DNA of 64,000 nucleotides from Malacoraja senta (Eukaryota): NCBI GenBank assembly GCA_038087875.1, contig CM075981.1, positions 67,022,001 to 67,086,000 of the forward strand. The letters are read 5' to 3'. This document shows, one piece after another, positions 62,701 through 64,000 of this stretch. Under the pieces are notes generated by a model. It was not told the origin of the DNA, did not search any database, and saw only the letters and a list, made by a program, of their open reading frames with translations. Every line of letters starts with the position of its first letter. Position 1 is the stretch's first letter. Made by a program: the position numbers and the translations under genes.

Positions 62701-63485
62701 AAGGTTGAGAAAGTGGTGTATTTCTGTTATTGTTCTGTCTCGCTGGTTAATCTGAGTCACAGCATGTCAGCAACATGGAGCTCACTGACAGAAACGGATG
62801 CTCAATAAAAGCTGAATAAAGCTACGTTCAGAAGTTGATTACTTATATAATTAGATGTCCTGGAGTGATTTCAAGCCTTGGCGTTAAGTTGACAGTTCTA
62901 ATAAACCACTTGAGGTTCGCTGTCAGGGTTTATGGTGTCATCTGTACTTTGTGAATTAAATTGCAATCTTGTAATCCCTTCCAGGTGTTTATTTTTTAAT
63001 TATGGTACTGGAGGTGGGTTTGTCTCTGTTGCTTGACTTCACCAATGGTGGAATGAACCAGTGAAAATTGCAGATAAATCGAGCAGTAATTGTTAGGTAC
63101 GTTAAGCTCATGTTTTTAAAACATTGGATTATGTCAGAGGGAGATGGCAAGAAGAGGGAATTGTAATCTGCTGTTATGGGGCAAGGAAAGACGAGCTAGA
63201 ACAGGAGAAATGTGATCCAGTTAAGTTATTTTCTGTTGTTGTCTCGCAGGATCATGAACTGAAGTGGGAAGAGTTTGCACTGAGCTCTGAACGGCTTGCA
63301 AGGCAGCTATGTTCTCATTTCCCTTTTCTCTCCCACAGCTCTCCAAGATTTGGAGCCGCAGCAGCTGATCCTGTTTGTCCAGTCCTTCGGAATCCCAGTG
63401 TCAAGTATGAGTAAACTCCTGCAATACCTGGATCAGGCCGTGTCCCATGATCCACAGACACTCGAACAGAATATAATGGACAAAA
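14691..63485 (+). CDS. INTS1: Integrator complex subunit 1, 5' portion (27 coding exons, ~3844 nt spliced CDS after removing two apparent extra G bases); continues beyond window
   Basis: Spliced translation MNRPKAVAIRRPSSAKPSGHPPPGDFIALGSK...LEQNIMDK is colinear with vertebrate INTS1 as remembered; GT-AG boundaries with consistent phases except the two extra-G sites. Confidence 0.98.
15785..16066 (+). CDS. INTS1: INTS1 exon 3
   Basis: tttcag|(G)HPPPGDFIALGSK...KEPSVVPIE; donor G|GTATGA. Confidence 0.96.
16379..16855 (-). mobile_element. Degenerate non-LTR retrotransposon ORF fragment (region preceding the RT domain)
   Basis: FTADEVLNAIHSIKKNIAASLDCVS resembles the FTxxEVxxAIxxLKxxKAPGPDG motif of LINE ORF2. 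Confidence 0.5.
17727..17923 (+). CDS. INTS1: INTS1 exon 4
   Basis: cacag|(V)PPAALLDEIEAAEQEGNDD...FATEGVIE|GTGAGG. Confidence 0.96.
18851..18988 (+). CDS. INTS1: INTS1 exon 5
   Basis: attag|ALCSLLRRDAAINFK...NWPEIFVK|GTATGG. Confidence 0.96.
20029..20188 (+). CDS. INTS1: INTS1 exon 6
   Basis: ttcag|VYIEDSLGERIWVDS...SDLSA(G)|GTGAGA. Confidence 0.96.
20890..20998 (+). CDS. INTS1: INTS1 exon 7
   Basis: ctgcag|(G)GSPHPSTPDDDDNQAELLIAEEKMSPDVEAGQVMP(R)|GTGAGA; not in the ORF track. Confidence 0.94.
21208..22220. mobile_element. Non-autonomous TIR DNA transposon (hAT-like TAG...CTA ends)
   Basis: TIRs TAGGTATGTTACAA / TTGTAACATTGCTA; GTACATG direct repeat at 21201-21207 and 22221-22227. Confidence 0.8.
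22306..22395 (-). mobile_element. Short LINE 3' tail with (CTGAAT)n microsatellite end
   Basis: (ATTCAG)4-5 followed by TTTATTGTCA (AATAAA on - strand). Confidence 0.6.
22500..22686 (+). CDS. INTS1: INTS1 exon 8
   Basis: ctctag|(R)YEDLAESVEDYVIDMLRDQLNRRQP...WLQNPK|GTGGGA. Confidence 0.96.
24137..24430 (+). mobile_element. tRNA-derived V-SINE (HE1-like), near full length
   Basis: GGGCGGCACGGTGGCACAGTGG A-box head, GGTTTGATCC B-box, GGAGTTTGTACGTTCTCCCCGTG core, (AAACT)n tail. Confidence 0.88.
24562..24707 (+). CDS. INTS1: INTS1 exon 9
   Basis: cgttag|LTRPAQDLLMSVCTNC...LLNHYMLCI(K)|GTGAGT. Confidence 0.96.
25923..26064 (+). CDS. INTS1: INTS1 exon 10
   Basis: tattag|(K)ELLNAHRDNLGTLVKFVIFNELS...SELAPK|GTGAGC. 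Confidence 0.96.
27090..27409 (-). mobile_element. tRNA-derived V-SINE (HE1-like), near full length
   Basis: Reverse complement of the 24137 copy, with intact B-box GGTTCGATCC. Confidence 0.88.
28160..28336 (+). CDS. INTS1: INTS1 exon 11
   Basis: tctcag|YLAMVFQDLLTNKDDYLRASRALL...LDMEFK|GTGAGT. Confidence 0.96.
29708..29816 (+). CDS. INTS1: INTS1 exon 12
   Basis: ctgcag|ERFVIQVTDLLTLSMMLGITAQVKE...GEKK|GTAAGT, phase 1. Confidence 0.96.
32237..32357 (+). CDS. INTS1: INTS1 exon 13
   Basis: AAG acceptor|(N)LEGLRAFQTQIATIQRDTVWWLHTVVP...KDYIH(C)|GTAGGT. Confidence 0.94.
34005..34082 (+). CDS. INTS1: INTS1 exon 14
   Basis: ttacag|(C)LHKVLFTEQPETYYKWDNWPPESDR(N)|GTAAGC. Confidence 0.96.
35453..35610 (+). 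CDS. INTS1: INTS1 exon 15
   Basis: tttcag|(N)FFLRLCSEVPLLEDTLMRILVIG...LVQAD|GTAAGG. Confidence 0.96.
36722..37355 (-). mobile_element. CR1-type LINE 3' fragment
   Basis: LVMPHLVYYVQFWSLCYRKAAIKLERAKRRFTRMLPG and ESRTRVHRFKVRGERF, CR1 ORF2 C-terminus. Confidence 0.9.
38702..38798 (+). CDS. INTS1: INTS1 exon 16
   Basis: tttcag|(D)LQVLHVERVQLIDAVLNLCTYHHPENIQLPP(G)|GTTTGT. Confidence 0.95.
40001..40092 (+). CDS. INTS1: INTS1 exon 17
   Basis: attcag|(G)YQPPALAISSLYWKAWLLLLVVNAFNPQNI|GTGAGT. Confidence 0.96.
40753..41470 (+). mobile_element. Non-autonomous Helitron-like element
   Basis: A|TCTATA 5' end, CTAG|T 3' end, no TSD, GC-rich imperfect hairpin just upstream of CTAG, internal purine-rich tract. 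Confidence 0.7.
41880..42262 (-). mobile_element. Short RTE-derived non-autonomous retroelement nested in another repeat
   Basis: Minus strand has CCTGGTAGGGTCACCCATGGC...GACAAAGAG, similar to RTE/Expander 5'UTRs as remembered, and ends in ...GGAGGCCTAAGAA. Confidence 0.55.
42571..42631 (+). CDS. INTS1: INTS1 exon 18
   Basis: ctgcag|(G)LAAWEGYPTLKMLMEMVMT(N)|GTGAGT. Confidence 0.95.
43068..43876 (+). mobile_element. GC/CpG-rich non-autonomous retroelement ending in AATAAA + (TATTG)n
   Basis: 3' part similar to inverted fragments at ~31965-32130 and ~13730-13853. Confidence 0.6.
44275..44935 (-). mobile_element. CR1-type LINE 3' fragment, degenerate
   Basis: QRDLSVQMHCSLKVACQVD motif; similar to 36722-37355. 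Confidence 0.8.
45113..45310 (+). CDS. INTS1: INTS1 exon 19
   Basis: tttcag|(N)NFSYPQCTVTDEETRNEMITRELQ...LTSLDP(Q)|GTGAGT. Confidence 0.96.
46143..46272 (+). CDS. INTS1: INTS1 exon 20
   Basis: cttcag|(Q)GPPRRPPSQVLEQLKSLNQSLRLGHLLCRSRHPDFLLNIIQRQ|GTGAGT. Confidence 0.96.
48227..48406 (+). CDS. INTS1: INTS1 exon 21
   Basis: ctccag|ASSQSMPWLADLVQSSEGSLDVLPVQCLCEFLLHD...AKKRQ|GTAAGA. Confidence 0.96.
49136..49286 (+). CDS. INTS1: INTS1 exon 22 (apparent +1 G frameshift in the G5 run at 49162-49166)
   Basis: ttacag|RQQKQRQLLG/RLQDLLLGSKADEQTTCEVLDYFLRRLSSPQVASRVLAMK|GTGTGT; 151 nt between phase-0 boundaries. Confidence 0.93.
50922..51107 (+). CDS. INTS1: INTS1 exon 23 (one extra G before the GT donor)
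   Basis: ctgcag|GLCLVLTDSESSLRD...YQWLLRDLPNLPLF...LALQQ then G GTGAGC. Confidence 0.92.
52108..52212 (+). CDS. INTS1: INTS1 exon 24
   Basis: ttgcag|AIHVETDPQTISAYVIYLSQHAPVEEQVQHNDLAL|GTAAGA. Confidence 0.96.
53206..53443. mobile_element. Palindromic Penelope-derived terminal-repeat insertion with 16-bp TSD
   Basis: ~100-bp inverted arms around a TTCT spacer; TAGTCTGAAAGCTCTG at 53190-53205 and 53444-53459. Confidence 0.85.
53645..53812 (+). CDS. INTS1: INTS1 exon 25
   Basis: actcag|DVARLIVERSTIMTHLF...EDEEVYSW|GTGAGT. Confidence 0.96.
54118..55368 (+). mobile_element. 5'-truncated L1-clade LINE (ORF2 C-terminus, 3'UTR, polyA)
   Basis: IQFKILHRLY...CDKC...AHSFVFC zinc-knuckle region with a stop and a frameshift; AATAAA and A tail; TSD AAAGTAGAGA at 54108-54117 and 55369-55378. 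Confidence 0.92.
56350..56461 (+). CDS. INTS1: INTS1 exon 26
   Basis: gcacag|SESQDQVFLRWTTGETATMHILVVHAMVILLTLGPPQ|GTATAA, phase 1. Confidence 0.96.
59482..59640 (+). CDS. INTS1: INTS1 exon 27
   Basis: tttcag|(G)DSDFYHLLDVWFPDKKPLPTAFLVDTSEEALLLPDWLKLRMIRSEVSRLVDA|GTGAGT. Confidence 0.96.
60311..62450 (+). mobile_element. Decayed Penelope-like element with GIY-YIG remnant and inverted terminal repeat
   Basis: 61848-62175 decodes to degenerate FQVRQxFTxTSxNxIxCI...LYxGxTKxRxGxxFAEH...QSEATxKLEExxLIF; inverted partial copy at 61450-61562 (LHCQSEATCKLEEQHLTFHVGSLQLNGM); terminal repeat sequences at both ends. Confidence 0.85.
60592..61326 (+). mobile_element. Rex1/Babar-like LINE 3' fragment nested in the Penelope element
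   Basis: Degenerate NNLSLNVSKTKEIVI motif, then HQCLYF, FYRCxVE and IIKDxSHP motifs typical of Rex1/Babar RT C-termini. Confidence 0.7.
63339..63485 (+). CDS. INTS1: INTS1 exon 28
   Basis: ccacag|(A)LQDLEPQQLILFVQSFGIPVSSMSKLLQYLDQAVSHDPQTLEQNIMDK|GTAGGT. Confidence 0.96.
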
Positions 63486-63634
63486 GTAGGTGTTTTGGTA
63501 ACAATAATGGGTGAGAATCTTTTAATTCTGTCTCGTGATCTGGGTCTATATGTCAGAGTGGTAGAAGATGGATGGGGGCAAGTTCCGCACATGTCATCAA
63601 CTGGAGAGCAAACTTCATAGATGTTTGGCGAAAT

Positions 63635-64000
63635 AGAACAGTACAGCACAAGAACAGGTCCTTCAGAACCACAATGTCTGTGCCTAATATAATGCCAAGA
63701 CCATCTCTTACCTGCTTGACATAATCCATATCCCTCCATCCCCTGCATATCCATTTGCCCATCCACAAATCTCTAAAATGACACTGTCATATCTCTCTCA
63801 ACTGCCACCCCCGGCAGGGTGTTCCAGGCACTCCCTACCATCTATGTATTAAAAAAAACTTGCCCCGCACATCTCCTTTAAACTTTGCCCCTCTTATCTT
63901 AAATTTATGCCCTTTAGTATTTTATGTTTCGATCCTGGGAAAAAGGTTCTGACTGTCAACTCTATCTATGCCAAAGTATTTACTTCCATCGTCTCCCTAC
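63635..64000 (-). mobile_element. CR1-type LINE 3' fragment, runs off the window
   Basis: Same tail motifs as 36722-37000. Confidence 0.75.

Noticed and set aside
14746-63338. U12-type introns in INTS1
   Set aside because: No donor matches RTATCCTT; all appear to be U2 GT-AG

Overview
Vertebrate genomic DNA, probably an elasmobranch (skate/ray), inferred from the repeat content: V-SINE/HE1-type tRNA SINEs, CR1 fragments and abundant Penelope terminal repeats. Most of the window is the 5' part of INTS1 on the + strand: a putative non-coding exon 1 ending at 12679, then 27 coding exons from 14691 to 63485 (about 1280 codons); the gene continues past the window. A NUDT9 (ADP-ribose pyrophosphatase) coding exon lies on the - strand at 6034-6285. 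The two genes appear to share a short CpG-rich head-to-head promoter at about 12415-12720, next to a 19-bp minisatellite. Bases 1-4121 are a near-identical copy of 7451-~11600 across a 200-N gap, probably an uncollapsed haplotype overlap. INTS1 carries two apparent extra-G errors (49162-49166 and 51107-51109). The most notable signals are in the repeats: minimal hammerhead-ribozyme motifs in Penelope-derived terminal repeats (one intact at 4483-4516, - strand), a 1-kb foldback ISL2EU-like element built from two inverted THAP-coding arms, a Helitron-like element, a TIR element with a 7-bp TSD, and inverted repeats around a frame-preserving exon 9-10 block. All calls were made by eye against remembered family features; no searches were run. 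I found no clear wholly new system.
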